From Orbicella franksi (taxonomy: Eukaryota), in contig OZ116703.1 in NCBI GenBank assembly GCA_964199315.1, positions 17,174,001 to 17,238,000 on the forward strand: a stretch of DNA of 64,000 nucleotides, given 5' to 3'. Below the pieces are notes generated by a model. The model was given only the letters and a program-made list of their open reading frames with translations, was not told the DNA's origin and made no database searches. Position numbers and translations under genes: made by a program. Below, in pieces: positions 26,520 through 38,491 of the stretch; positions within the stretch are counted from its first letter, which is position 1, and each line of letters starts with the position of its first letter.

Positions 26520-27564
26520 GCAGCAGCAGCAGTGGCTGTCTTCATCACAATATGTATGTAGTCAAATATCTTTGCAGGGTCAATCAATCAAGTCTATTAA
26601 TTTTATGCATCGCTGTTATGATGTAAGGAAACTGGTGTCTTTGACTTCGTAGAAAAAAAAAAACGATTTTTGAAAGCTCCCGCAGCTTCTCGACTAACCT
26701 CCGTGCCTCCAATAGTCGCTCTCCCTAAGCTTCCGGAATAAATTTGACTCAAGGCGCCATATCGAAACATCACGGTAAGACGTTTGCGACGTCGCCATTT
26801 CAACCGCAACTTTTACGAGCTTTAATTATTTCTCTTTCTTCCAGAAACAGAATGCGTCCCATAAGCGACATGACCGACCTATGTATTACTCTCCAGTTCC
26901 TCAAGGTGGAGCAAGTTGGAGCTTGCCCTTGTCCTCTAGTAAAGGGTATTACCAGGAACAACAGTATGCCCAACCCAGCGTCTATTCAAGTGGTCATCAC
27001 GCTGGTAAACCTCATCCAGTGACACCTACATCCAGTAGAGTAGCACAGCGCGCTTACACACAACAAAAAAGAGAAGCAGAAATCTCTACCGGGATTCAAA
27101 ACTTAAATCTACGTGCAAACCCGAGCCACAGCAGCAAGAATTACGCAGCAGGTGAGAACAGGCACTCGCCATCTGCGCTACGACCGAGGGAGGTATCGCC
27201 ACCGGGATGGGTGTCGCCTGGCTCCAAAAGTACGTCGGCAGCTTCTTACAATCCAGTTGATTATAGGAATGAAGGCAAAACACCACCGAATGCCAGACCC
27301 CCTCGCGCCAAGTCTACAGCACCGTACCCATCAGCTACCCACTGTTCCCTCTCCTCCACTCGGCGGAGGGATGAGCCAGTATCTTTATCTCCATTACGCA
27401 GTGGTTATGGTCAGCGGTTTTTCTATGATTCGTCTTCACTGGACGATTTACCACTCCCTTCTGATGAAAGTTGGTCAGTGAGGGATTCATCAAGGTCTTC
27501 CGATGAAAGCTGGTTATCCGACTATTACAATGATGACGCGGAGCCCTATTTTGAAGATTTTTGA
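22257..27564 (+). pseudogene. ASTE1: ASTE1 copy 2 with long disordered tail; one in-frame TAG at codon 97 (recent pseudogene, null allele or base error)
   Basis: Exons 22257-22681, 23554-24761, 25312-25392, 25866-25995, 26427-26553, 26845-27564 total 2691 nt. The only interruption is TAG at 22545-22547, and the frame continues (RIQAGDAL...LPLLSNLVFVQALRDRGVKFAV). IDG, LDG, EAD, NDSDF and GND motifs are intact. Confidence 0.8.
26488..26532 (+). repeat. Coding (CAA/CAG)15 polyglutamine tract
   Basis: caa cag cag cag caa caa caa cag x8, in frame in exon 5 of copy 2. Confidence 0.8.
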
Positions 27565-29349
27565 TGATTTTTCCCTTGCAAGTCAATAGCGAAAACTGCC
27601 GAAGAGTTTGGATTAATAGGCAACAGTGACTATGTTCCGGCTGTCAGTATTATTTATATTAAGATAACTCAAAACAGTTTCCAGCATTTAGATTTTGATT
27701 TAGTCATGGTAGTTGATTTTGCAGTATTTCAGTTTGTAATTTATCCTCACTACATTTCTATTGTTGGGATCACGTTAGACTAAGTTATGGGAGGAATCCG
27801 AGACCGCCTAAGCAAAAGATATGCAGCAAGGCCAGGTGAGCGGTGGTCACTTCCACCAGGTCCACCAGGGGAGGATGGAGGGGCGCAAAGTGTCTTCCCA
27901 CGGCAATCTCGTCAAACTGCAAGATTTCGCACTGCCCAGCCAGATTTTATGTTCGAAAGGCCGCAAAGGATCATACTAGACGCCACTAACCTAGACCCTC
28001 GGGATTAGCGGAATGTAACCCGTTATCGCGAATCGGTCATTATATATGCAGTGAGAATAGTTGAAATAGTTTACGATTCTAAATTCATATTATCTCACCC
28101 TTTAAATTACTTTACACCTTTTTGTGGTGTTACTAGTTACGTCGAAGTAAAGCTTCTCAGAAAGTGTTAACTTCACTGTTTTCCTGCTGTTTTTAACGGG
28201 CCACAGTAAGAAATATTACTGAAATTTGTGAGTTTAAATAACCATTTACCTTAATTACCAGACGTTTGCCGGTGATCAACAAAAATTGAAAGCTGGGCTT
28301 CGCCTTCTTGGTGAGCCGTCAGTGCTATGAAAAGAATCTGGGAGATTTGCGTCCTCAGTTAAACGTCATCGCTTCTGCATGCATTGCGTGCCGTTTATTA
28401 AACGTTGCCAAAAGTTGCGTCTTATCCTGCTGATTGAAATTTGGTAATATAATAAAATTTCACCGTGCCGTTTTTGAATTATAAGCCCCTAAAGCTGTAA
28501 TTAAGGCTGCTTTTAGCAGGTCATACTGTTGCTATGGTAACCTATTGTATCACGAAAATAATAACAACGTGTTCACCAATGATTGGGCAGCTTTTTGATA
28601 TCATGATTGTAGCATCAAGTGATAAAGCGTGGTTATAACGACCCCTCAAAATCTAAGTGCTGGAAACTGTAACGGCAGGAATCGAAATGTAGTTTTATAT
28701 TACAGCCAAGAATGTGAGTACAATCTCCAAATCCAGATAGAAATATGAAAATTCATGGCAAATTCGGCCTCATGGTACATATTCTCCATAAACTGAAATC
28801 CAAAACTTGATCATTTTCTTTACTGGTAGAGGAGGGTAAATGAATATACAATACGTATAATGCAAGCCATTCTATGATTTTTTCTAGCTGTGTTGTCATT
28901 ACGGTGCCCAGAATATCGTTTTGTAAACAAGCCATCAAGATTAAAGAGGCTCAAGCAAAAAGGTTTAAATTTCAGTAATAATGGATTATGTAAAGCTTTG
29001 AAAAACACAAAATATTGATGTACAAATAGGGCAAAAATATTTCTGCGGTGAAGACGCCTCGCCGATCTAAATGGTGCACGCTTCGTGATGGTTACAAAAC
29101 AAGTTCTTTGAAGTTTAAGAGTATATGTCAATAAGGATCAAATAAATCGCGGACACAGCTCAAAATTCAATTCCGCCCATACTTTGTCCATTGGTAGTGA
29201 AAAAGACATTAAAAAGGAAAGTTAAAGAAAGAAAAAATTATAAAAATTAAAAGAGACCTAATATTTTAAATTACAGAAGATTAATCTGTATACATAGTCT
29301 TTCGTAATAAGTTGTAGCTTTTATATCGAATTGTTAATGCCTGATGTAT

Positions 29350-29569
29350 NNNNNNNNNNNNNNNNNNNNNNNNNNNNNNNNNNNNNNNNNNNNNNNNNNN
29401 NNNNNNNNNNNNNNNNNNNNNNNNNNNNNNNNNNNNNNNNNNNNNNNNNNNNNNNNNNNNNNNNNNNNNNNNNNNNNNNNNNNNNNNNNNNNNNNNNNNN
29501 NNNNNNNNNNNNNNNNNNNNNNNNNNNNNNNNNNNNNNNNNNNNNNNNNNNNNNNNNNNNNNNNNNNNN
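29350..29569. other. Assembly gap (220 N)
   Basis: Run of n characters. Confidence 1.
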
Positions 29570-29757
29570 CACCCTTTGTTTCACACACTAAAATAATTTG
29601 TTGTTTGGTCAGTATTTGTCATAGAAAATAGTTCTCGTGGATTGTATATTCTGAAAAGTAAAACCAATATAACTGAACTGCCCAGAAAGGAGATTTGCAA
29701 CCGAAACCGAAGATATCAACAAAACGCAGCTTCATGCTTCAGTAGCCACCAAATATC

Positions 29758-30729
29758 GGCATCTCATAAAACCCGAAACAACGAAACGAAACCACCGAAA
29801 CCACCGAAACCACCGAAACGAGCGAAACGAAACCACCGTAACGAAACCACCGAAACAAGCGAAACGACCGAAACAAGTAAAATAGTAAGTAAATAAATAA
29901 AAATGTTTTAAAAAAACAGCCTTGATCTCTGGAAAGTTACTATGGCAGCCTGATCTCGTACCCAGATCCTGCTCTTTAGCCACACGCGTGACATCATGAC
30001 ATTTTGAAAGATGGATGAGCACAAGGGTGTCTACGATTTGCTTCTTTGTAAATTTGCCCTGATTACCCATAATGTCCATTAGAGCGTGAAGGGGTCTATT
30101 CTTAACGCTCAAATAATGAAATGTGTTTTTTTTTGTTTGTTTTTGTTGCTGTCGTTTTCTCTTCAGCATTTGTCGCTGATATACTGATTGCAACTGAGAT
30201 AACGGTTAATTATGAGTTGTTCCCAAGAAAATTTATTAAAAGATCGTTGAGTTTGATTGTCAATTGAAGCTTTTTTCATTCCTCACTCCCATGAACTAAC
30301 CTCTGCTGAGTGAACCCTAAAAAGCTGATTCCCCCTCCTCCCCTACCATACAGTTTACACGCAATCTAAGGGGAAAAGTAGCGATACCGACTGAGACGTT
30401 ATCAATGAATACTTCTTATCCTAACTTTTCTATTACTTTCCTTTCTTTTCTTTTCCCATCTACTTTGGTCGGCGTTCCACCCTTAAAATACATACAAAAA
30501 TACAACAACATTTTCTTTCAGTCTTTACAAGACAGCTGTACTGCTCGAAGTACTAAATGTAATATAATTCTGTCTTTCGCTGGCCCGTGGTTTTGTTTTG
30601 GTCGTTTCGTATCGTATTTGTCGTATCTGTCTTTCGTTTTGGTTGTTTCGTTTGTTTCGGTGGTTTCGTTTCGCTCGTTTCGCTTGTTTCGGTGGTTTCG
30701 TTTCGTTGTTTCGGGTTTTAGTACATGCC
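29758..30729. mobile_element. Non-autonomous Mutator-like element (MULE) nested in the TTAA element
   Basis: Perfect 9-bp TSD CCAAATATC (29749-29757, 30730-30738). Long TIRs starting GGCAT...aaaacccgaaacaacgaaacgaaaccaccgaaac, built from cgaaac microrepeats. Confidence 0.85.
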
Positions 30730-31117
30730 CCAAATATCTTGTGTAAACAAATTGACAGTTGTCATGAAAACAAGCAAAAATCTGCTTGAGTCGACCTCCA
30801 ATTTAATTCATTGTCTAGATAAAAGGCAGAAACCAAGTCTCAACTTAATTTAGCTTATCATATTTTAATTTTTAATGTACTTTTTGGCATGCGATCAATT
30901 GTTTCTTGATGGTCATCTTAGTTGTAACTTTAATATGGCGGCAGCAGCAAATCTCGAAAATAAGCAAATTTCAAACAAAAGTGCGTTTACCGTAAAACTA
31001 AAAGGTATCCCAAAATATTTCAAGTATTTCTGTGAACGTCTATCCTTATACTTTATCTGCAATATAGTTATTGGGTTTTTCTTCGCGAACCGACAAGCGT
31101 TTTCGGCCGTTGTTTAA

Positions 31118-31746
31118 GGTCATTCCTCACATTTGCATTGCGCATCCTTACTGCGCATAATTTATGGCGTCATTAGCGCGCACATTGAAAACATGACGGG
31201 TTTGCCTGGATATTGAGCTCTGTCAGTTGAAAAATGGCTCTAGCTCACCAACGAGCAAGGGCACCTCAATTTTTTTTCCAGTCATTGTAATCAACTAATC
31301 ATAAGCTTTGCGTGAGAAAAGACTTATTTAATTTCTATTGCTGAAAATTGAATAAATAAGAAAAATAGCAGATACAATGTGGTCTTTTCTATTTTGCAGT
31401 CGGTAACCACGTCAAGAAATTTGGTTCAAATTTTTAATCAAGGATTTAGCTTTCCGTCTGAATCACACTTAAAACGTTTATTTGTGTCCGACACATTGTA
31501 TTGACTGTAGTTTAATGTGTGTTCTTATGAGTCCGGGCTCACAAAGATGTTACAATTACTGGGAATGTGTTCTTATGATAAGCATTAAATAATGCCAAAA
31601 TGGGGCATTTTCAATGCCTCATTGCTCCTTAATGAGCATGGGCACCCCCTTTTTTATTTCAAAATTGAAGTTATCATATGACAAATATTGAGTGGGCAAA
31701 GTTTGAACAAAAATCTATTGTCACTTTTTATTTCAGAGGAATTACC
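31118..31746. mobile_element. Kolobok-like MITE nested in the TTAA element
   Basis: TTAA|GGTCATTCCTC...GAGGAATTACC|TTAA; same family as 62333-62785. Confidence 0.8.
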
Positions 31747-32187
31747 TTAAGGGTACCACAGAGCTATTGAAAAAAACAGCTGCAAGGCGTCTTTGCGCAA
31801 AAATTCATAAACTATTTATAACTAGAAAATATCTGCTTTTCATGTCATCAATGAATTGGTCAAGGCCCTAACTATAGTGTTATTGCAAAGGAAAATTCAC
31901 AGATGATTTTCGACTTGACGCTGACGAGCTATGGATATGACAGAATTTTGATAGTTCAAATATCGAAATTTGGCTCTCGATCCGAAATTAGGGGTTTCTA
32001 TTTAATTACTCTCAAAAAAATAAATATTACAACAAACTAACCTTGTTTTGTCTACTTTGGCACAAGGGCCTATCAATATAGAAAGTACGAGTGAAATCGA
32101 TTATTTGGCTGTGTCCGCGATTTTGATGAACATATCTGATTTTTACTGACTCAGACTCTTAAACCTTTTCAGGACGATTCAATCAAG

Positions 32188-35100
32188 ATGGGAGTTCGCG
32201 GACTTACCAGCTATGTCAACTCAATCGAAACTCTCTGGAAACGTCAGACCAAGCTCAAAAACACAAAACTTATCATAGACGGGTCCGGCTTATGTAACGA
32301 TCTTTACAGGAACGCCTTCGACTGTCGACATGGAGGCCAGTACGAAGAGTTCCACGACGCTGTACTTTCGTTTTTCAATGCGCTTGATTCTAACGGTGTA
32401 GAATCCTTTGTAGTCCTCGATGGTGCACAACATGTAAGCGACAAAAAGTTAGAGACACGCAAGAAAAGGGCAAATCAGAGGATCGAAACATCTTTTGCCT
32501 TAGCCGAGAATCGGGCACCAGAAAACAGCGAAGACTTTCTTCTTCCGCTTTTGTCGAAGTTTGTGTTTCTGCAGGCGCTGATGGATCTCACGAGGGATCA
32601 CGGTGTCAAATTCGCGGTCTGCGACAGGTAGGACGCATTATTACATTATTATAGTAGTAACAGTAGTAAATGTTTGCATGCATACAGTCGAATAGATAGG
32701 TGACTTGGAGACTGTTGCCAGTGACTGGACAGATATCTCCTTTGTGGTACGGCGAGATTAAAAATTTACCGAGCGAAGCAGCCATGCCTATGCAGATCAC
32801 TTAAGATGGTGACATCTTGGCGATGTCAGCTGTCAGAATGAACTAAATAATCTGCATTTTAGCTTATTTCACCAATTTTAGAATAACAGTACTTTTCATT
32901 TATTAGCCTGCGTAGCAAACGCTGGAGTAACGGCGAGAAGACGGTCGCGGGCGTAGACACGCAAGGAAAAGGAAATGCTTATTCCACTTGTCGACATTTT
33001 ACCGAACGCGCCCTAACATGCCGCTCTCCCTTGGGGCGCCAACTGTCCCATGAGAACCAATGATCATCAATGTCCGCCAAATCAAGCGCCCAGCTTGAGT
33101 CCGCTAACAGCAAATAGTAATGCGCGTTACATAATGACCGAGTGTTATTACGCGAAACGTGACTCTCGCCTTGCAGCATATGGAGATGTTGTGTTACAAA
33201 AGTTTGAATTTATAAAGGTTTGGATGAGGAAAATAATCGACATTATAGCTGAAATTTTGATATTTTTCAATAAGAATGACTTACCTCAATGCCTTGTTGT
33301 CTTTTCTAGTGTCTTCTCGCTTCTGAGCTCGATCCGAAGCCTTTTTACCGACTTATCGCTTTTTGATTTTCCTCTCCTTTCTTAGATTAAAATAATAATA
33401 ATAACTCCTCGCATCGTAAGCTTGGGCCGCCTGTGTTAAAATTTTCTCCTTCACTCCCACGAGTATTTGATAAATGGATTACAAGGACATCCTGTCCACA
33501 TATAGTACTAGACTCTAAGCATCGGTTTTAGATCGATGTGTTTGCCGTTTTGCGAAAGACCTCTCAACGTTTCCTGAACAGAAAATTCGGATTATACATG
33601 AATGTCAAATTTCTAATGTCACTTTTGACCAATCAAATTGCACTATTGCTTCCCGTTCGTGGGCGAACTAAACTGCGAGAAGGCTCCCTTGTTGTTTGGG
33701 TAGCGTATCGCGGGCAAGGGCGGCGGAGCCGCAACCGCGAGCCGGCGAAGCTGGCGAGAAGAATGGGGCGAGGAGAACTTTACCTCCCCCCATTCTTCTC
33801 GCCTGCTTCGCCGGCTTGCGGTTGCGGCTCCGCCGCCCTTGCCCGCGATACGCTACCCAAACAAGAAGTGAGCCTGCTTGCGGGCTAAACGGAGCTCGTT
33901 AAAATGGTTGGGATTGCAGGCGATTCCTTTTCTCCCCACCCCCTCCAATTCTCGCTCACCCCCTCCCCACCTCTCCCCAATTTTTTGCTCACTCCAGGCG
34001 CACTTCTTTGCTCGCCCGCTTCCTCGCTCGCTTGTTCGATCTCTTAGACTGGTGGCAGTCTGTTTTTCTCTCGAATTTCAGAAGGGGTTATGATGCGAGA
34101 CGTTTTGGCTAAAGGGGAATGGGACCAGACATGGGCGCGGCACGCACGAGAAGAAAAAATTTTCTCGTCTCGCCTTCTTCCCTACTCGGCCACCGCCATA
34201 CCGCCCTTTTGCGTTCGCGATGACTAAACACTCGTCGTAGTTCTAGCAGACCATCGATGTCTCCGCCTGGAAAAGGAAAGTAAACGGTTGCTACGCAGGT
34301 CATCACTCGAGCGTCTGCTATGCAGAGTATATTTTTATCCATACTACAGGCAAATGAATTGAGATTCTCGATCCTCGATCTTCCGACGAGGCACGACATT
34401 TAATTAAACAGAGAGTAATGGATTGAAGAAATGAATCAGTTTGGTGACGTTAGCGATATTGTTTCAGTTTCCAGGCCTTTTGATTCTTTTATACCTGAAA
34501 GATTTATTGCAAATAAACAACTAACGTAGCTACTTGGTATGAATGTAGATGCGGCGAGAATTGTTGAATCAGAATTTTTTTCTTGGAGTGTTTTTCATAA
34601 TAAACAGACACCGGAGACCAGAATCCTTGATTTGAGCGAGACGACGAGCATCCTCGACCTTTTCATATCAAAGTTCCTCCCCCCTTCACACCCCCCCCCC
34701 CCGCCCCGGGAACAAATGCAATGACAAAAGGATACAATTGCCTTGCCTAAGCACATCTTTATGTTTCTTTCAGCGAAGCAGACAATGAAATCGCCTCCTT
34801 AGCCAGCGCTTGGAACTGCCCTGTTTTAAGCAATGACAGCGACTTCTTTATCTTTGATATCAAAGGCGGCTACATCCCACTTTCTTCTTTCAATTGGAAA
34901 GCTGGTTTCTTAACTGCCGACATCTTCTATCGGGAAAAACTGGCATCACACTTTGGAATTAGCGAAGAATTTCTTCCTTTGTTCGCTTCTTTGGTGGGGA
35001 ATGATTACGTGAGTTCCGAGGCATTGGCAGAGTTTAGACCCACACTGAATTGCGGAAAAGCGTCAAGATTTGCAAGCATTGCTAACATTCTGTCTCACTC

Positions 35101-38100
35101 CAGGACAGAAGAAGAGGCGCTCGAGTCTGCTCTACTAATGGTAGAGTCAGTGGTAAGCAGAGATAAACTAAGACAAGCTGTCAAGCATTCTCTCCAGGAA
35201 TACAAGATCACAGAGTCACATTTGCTGCTCTATGTCGACAGTGGTGTGGTCGACAGCTCCTTGAAGACTCAAAATGGCCGTGAAATTGAAGGATGGATTT
35301 TGCCCAAGTTTCGCAAGGGACTGTTCTCCGCCAAATGTATGAACGCCTTGACAACGGGGAAACACTTTCTCAGAACTCAGGTTGAAAACTGTGAGGAAGT
35401 ATCGGCTAATCAGTGCTCTCAGCGCCTGAGGAAAGTCATGTATGGCATTTTAAACGATGCTGCAGCTCACGATGGGGAAGGAAATATAACGATGGTCCAA
35501 GAATGGGACAGAGAGGGCTTAGAGGTCAAGTCGTCAAATGTGCCACCCTACCAAGAGGGCGTAGTCCCTGGAGTGAGTCTCATTCCAAGCCTCAAGAAAG
35601 ATGAAAGATTAGAGGTTTTGTTAAATGCGCTTGATTCAAACACAGCTTCCATCAAGTCCTTGCCGGAGAAGTTTAAATTAATTGCAGCCTCACTTCGTTT
35701 TCTCGCAAGTAACGCACAGCCATCGTTGCAGGGGAATCACATCACCGCCATACTCTGCAGTTGTATTAAACTAGAAGACGGCTCGTGGAAACAATACATG
35801 AAAAGCACAATCAGTCAGTCGTTTGATCGGCAAGCAGCACAAAGCTTTGCTCAGTGGCAGTGTGTTTTGAGAGATGCTGTTCATCTGAACTTTGTTTTGC
35901 TTGAGCCTGTTGAAACACCGTGTATTCACAAAACGTTTAATGGACAACTGGCGCACTGTCTACAGAGCGGACTTGATCGAGGTGAGTCTTTTTCCGGATG
36001 AATGCTTGCTTGCTTCTTTTTCTCTATTTCGGAGGGGGGGGTGGGTTTCAGGGGGGGAGGGAGAAGGGGAGGGCTGAGTCACCTGGGGTTTATACCAACT
36101 ACGAACCCCATGCACCGTTGGCAATGCACTTTGTCACAATGTTTCCAGGAACTTGTTCTGTTTTTCTTTTGTTGTGTGAATGTCAAGAATTTATCTCTTC
36201 AGCCATTCCAGTGCCTAGAAACTTGAAACGAGCTATGTCAACAAGAAGCTATGTCAACCTCATGCCTAGGGCGATTTGCAGGGATAAACGTCCTGGAAAC
36301 GAGCTGGCTTCAAATCGGGGGCGACCATAAACTAAGAGGCTAACACTTAAGTGAAAGAAACTTAGATAACGATAAAACGAAAAAGGAACTAGGTTTATTG
36401 TGATTGATTGATTTTAAATTTAAAATTGAAACATTTAGACAAAATGTTTCGAAATGTGCCATCCACTGTTCTTAGGTCCCGCGAATTCTTCGAATTAACG
36501 TAATTATTGCCTATCTCTCTTTCAGGTCGCATGCCAGAAGTGTTGCTTCCCTCTTCCAACCTTCTTTACGGAGACATTTGCAATGCGTTAGAGAGAAAAG
36601 GTAGAATAAGATCGTTCTCAATTACATTTTACTTTTCGTTTTATGACTACTGTCATTGTTTCAACGTTGTTAAAAAATTCACTGTGAAGCGTTAATGAAG
36701 GAATTCCTGCTTTCTAGGGAAAAGTACGCTAAAAGGTAATCAATGTTTTAGCATGAGTTTGCTTTCCGTGAAGAATCTCGGATAAGTGAAAAAAATGTGA
36801 ATGGGATCGTGGCGAGAGGAGGAATGGAGAACGCGAACAGAACTCAATCTTCTTGAGAAACCGAATAACCTTAATCGAAAACATGAGAAAAAAAAGGCGA
36901 AAGAAATCATTTTAAAGTTGATAAGGTACTACTGGACTGGCTTAATCTTGCTTCAGTTAACCACGGACCGATCTACCTTTTGTTTTATTTTATCTTCCTT
37001 CCTGGTGATTATAGGCAAAATTAGTGTTGGCCTCAACACAAAATACCCTGGTGTCACACATCAGAAGTCGTACCAAACTAGGAATAGCTATCGCTCCTCG
37101 ACTCAGTCTTGCTCTTCCATGGACAGCAGGAGTGCGTTTTACAGGTAGAAATATTTTCTCTTTATCCACCCTGTTTCCCACATACCATCCCCGTTTTTTT
37201 GAATGTATTGAATGTCTGTCAACAGACTATTTTTTCGCAGACTACAAGGTCAAAAATTTATGATTCTATTAAATCTGAGTGCCTTATCAGTAACAAGTTG
37301 GCAAGAATGTCTTATTTCATTGTGTGTTCAACATTTAATTTCTCATAACCACTTCACTGCATACAAAACGATGCGGGAACGAAGTAGAACACGCCAAGTG
37401 GACCAAGTCTTGACATGGTACCAAAATCTCTGAACTTATTATAAAATAATTGTGTCGCCATCAGTGAAGAGAATTAATGCTTTACTAGCTCTGCCATGGC
37501 TGATAGACAAAGCCAAATGGTGTCGAGTTGTGACTTCAGGGTGAAGGTGACAGCTCTGGTTAATTTCATTTTAGTCCAACAAAACGAAGGGAAGAACATA
37601 GTCATACAAGACGGACAAAGCAGATGTCTACGAGGAAACAGCAGCAGCAGCAGCAGCGGCGGGTATCGTCATCACAATATGTACGTAGTCAAATATCTTC
37701 GCAGGGTCAATCAATCAATTCTATTAATTTTATGCATCGCTGTTATAATGTAACGAAAACCTGCCACTCAGCCGCTGGTGTCTTCGACCCCGTAGAAAAA
37801 ACATATTTTTGCAAACCCGCACAGCTTCTCGACTAACGTCCATGTCTCCAATAGTCTCTCTCTCTAATTTGACTCAATGCACCGTACCGAAACATCACGG
37901 TAAGACGTTTGCGACGTCGCCACTTCAACCGCAACTGTTACCAGCGTTAACAATTTCTCTTTCTTCCCGAAACAGAATGCGTCCCATAAACGACATGACC
38001 GACCTATGTATTACTCTCCACTTCCTCAAGGTGGAGCAAGTTGGAGCTTGCCCTTGTCCTCTAGTAAAGGGTATTACCAGGAACAACAGTATGCCCAACC

Positions 38101-38491
38101 CAGCGTCTATTCAAGTGGTCATCACGCTTGTAAACCTAAGCCAGTGACAACTAGATCCAGTAGGGTAGCACAGCGGGCTTACACACAACAAATAAGAGAA
38201 TATGAAATCTTTGCCGGGATTCAGAACTTAAATCTACGTGCAAACCCGAGCCACAGCAGCAAGAACTTCGCAGCAGGCGAGAACATGCTCTCGCGATCTT
38301 CGCTACGACCGAGGGAGGTATCGCCACCGGGATTGGTGTCGCCAGGCTCCAAAAGTGCATCAGCAGCTTCTTACAATCCAGTTGGCTATAAGAATGAAGG
38401 CAAAACACCACCGACTGCAAGACCTCGTCGGCCCAAGTCTAAAGCGTCTAAGCCATCAGCTAGCCACCATTCCCAGTCTTCCGCTCGGTGA
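32188..38491 (+). CDS. ASTE1: ASTE1 copy 3 (chimeric; disordered tail), 824 aa
   Basis: Exons 32188-32627, 34774-35981, 36526-36600, 37015-37144, 37575-37680, 37976-38491 total 2475 nt in frame. Catalytic motifs IDG, LDG, EAD, NDSDF and GND intact. Confidence 0.88.
32904..34325. mobile_element. TAGCCTGCGTAGCA-family MITE with nested insertions in intron 1 of copy 3
   Basis: Ends tagcctgcgtagcaaacgc / gcgtctgctatgcagag. A shorter version sits at the equivalent position in copy 4 intron 1 (about 42368-42560). Boundaries approximate. Confidence 0.55.

Larger units (their letters stand above)
29119..32158. mobile_element. About 3-kb TTAA-targeting DNA transposon (Kolobok/piggyBac-like), no transposase ORF seen, 25 bp upstream of the copy 3 ATG
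   Basis: TTAA at 29115-29118 and 32159-32162. Imperfect TIRs GAGTnTnnGTCAnTAA plus subterminal aaatcgcggacacagc inverted at both ends. The empty site is visible upstream of copy 4 (ctttgaagt-tgga-acattttgaggacgatt). Confidence 0.75.

Noticed and set aside
29321-29631. ORFs containing X runs
   Set aside because: Artefacts of translating the 220-N gap.
29642-30789. ORFs rich in ETTET/FRWFR repeats
   Set aside because: Translations of the cgaaac microrepeat TIRs of the non-autonomous MULE.
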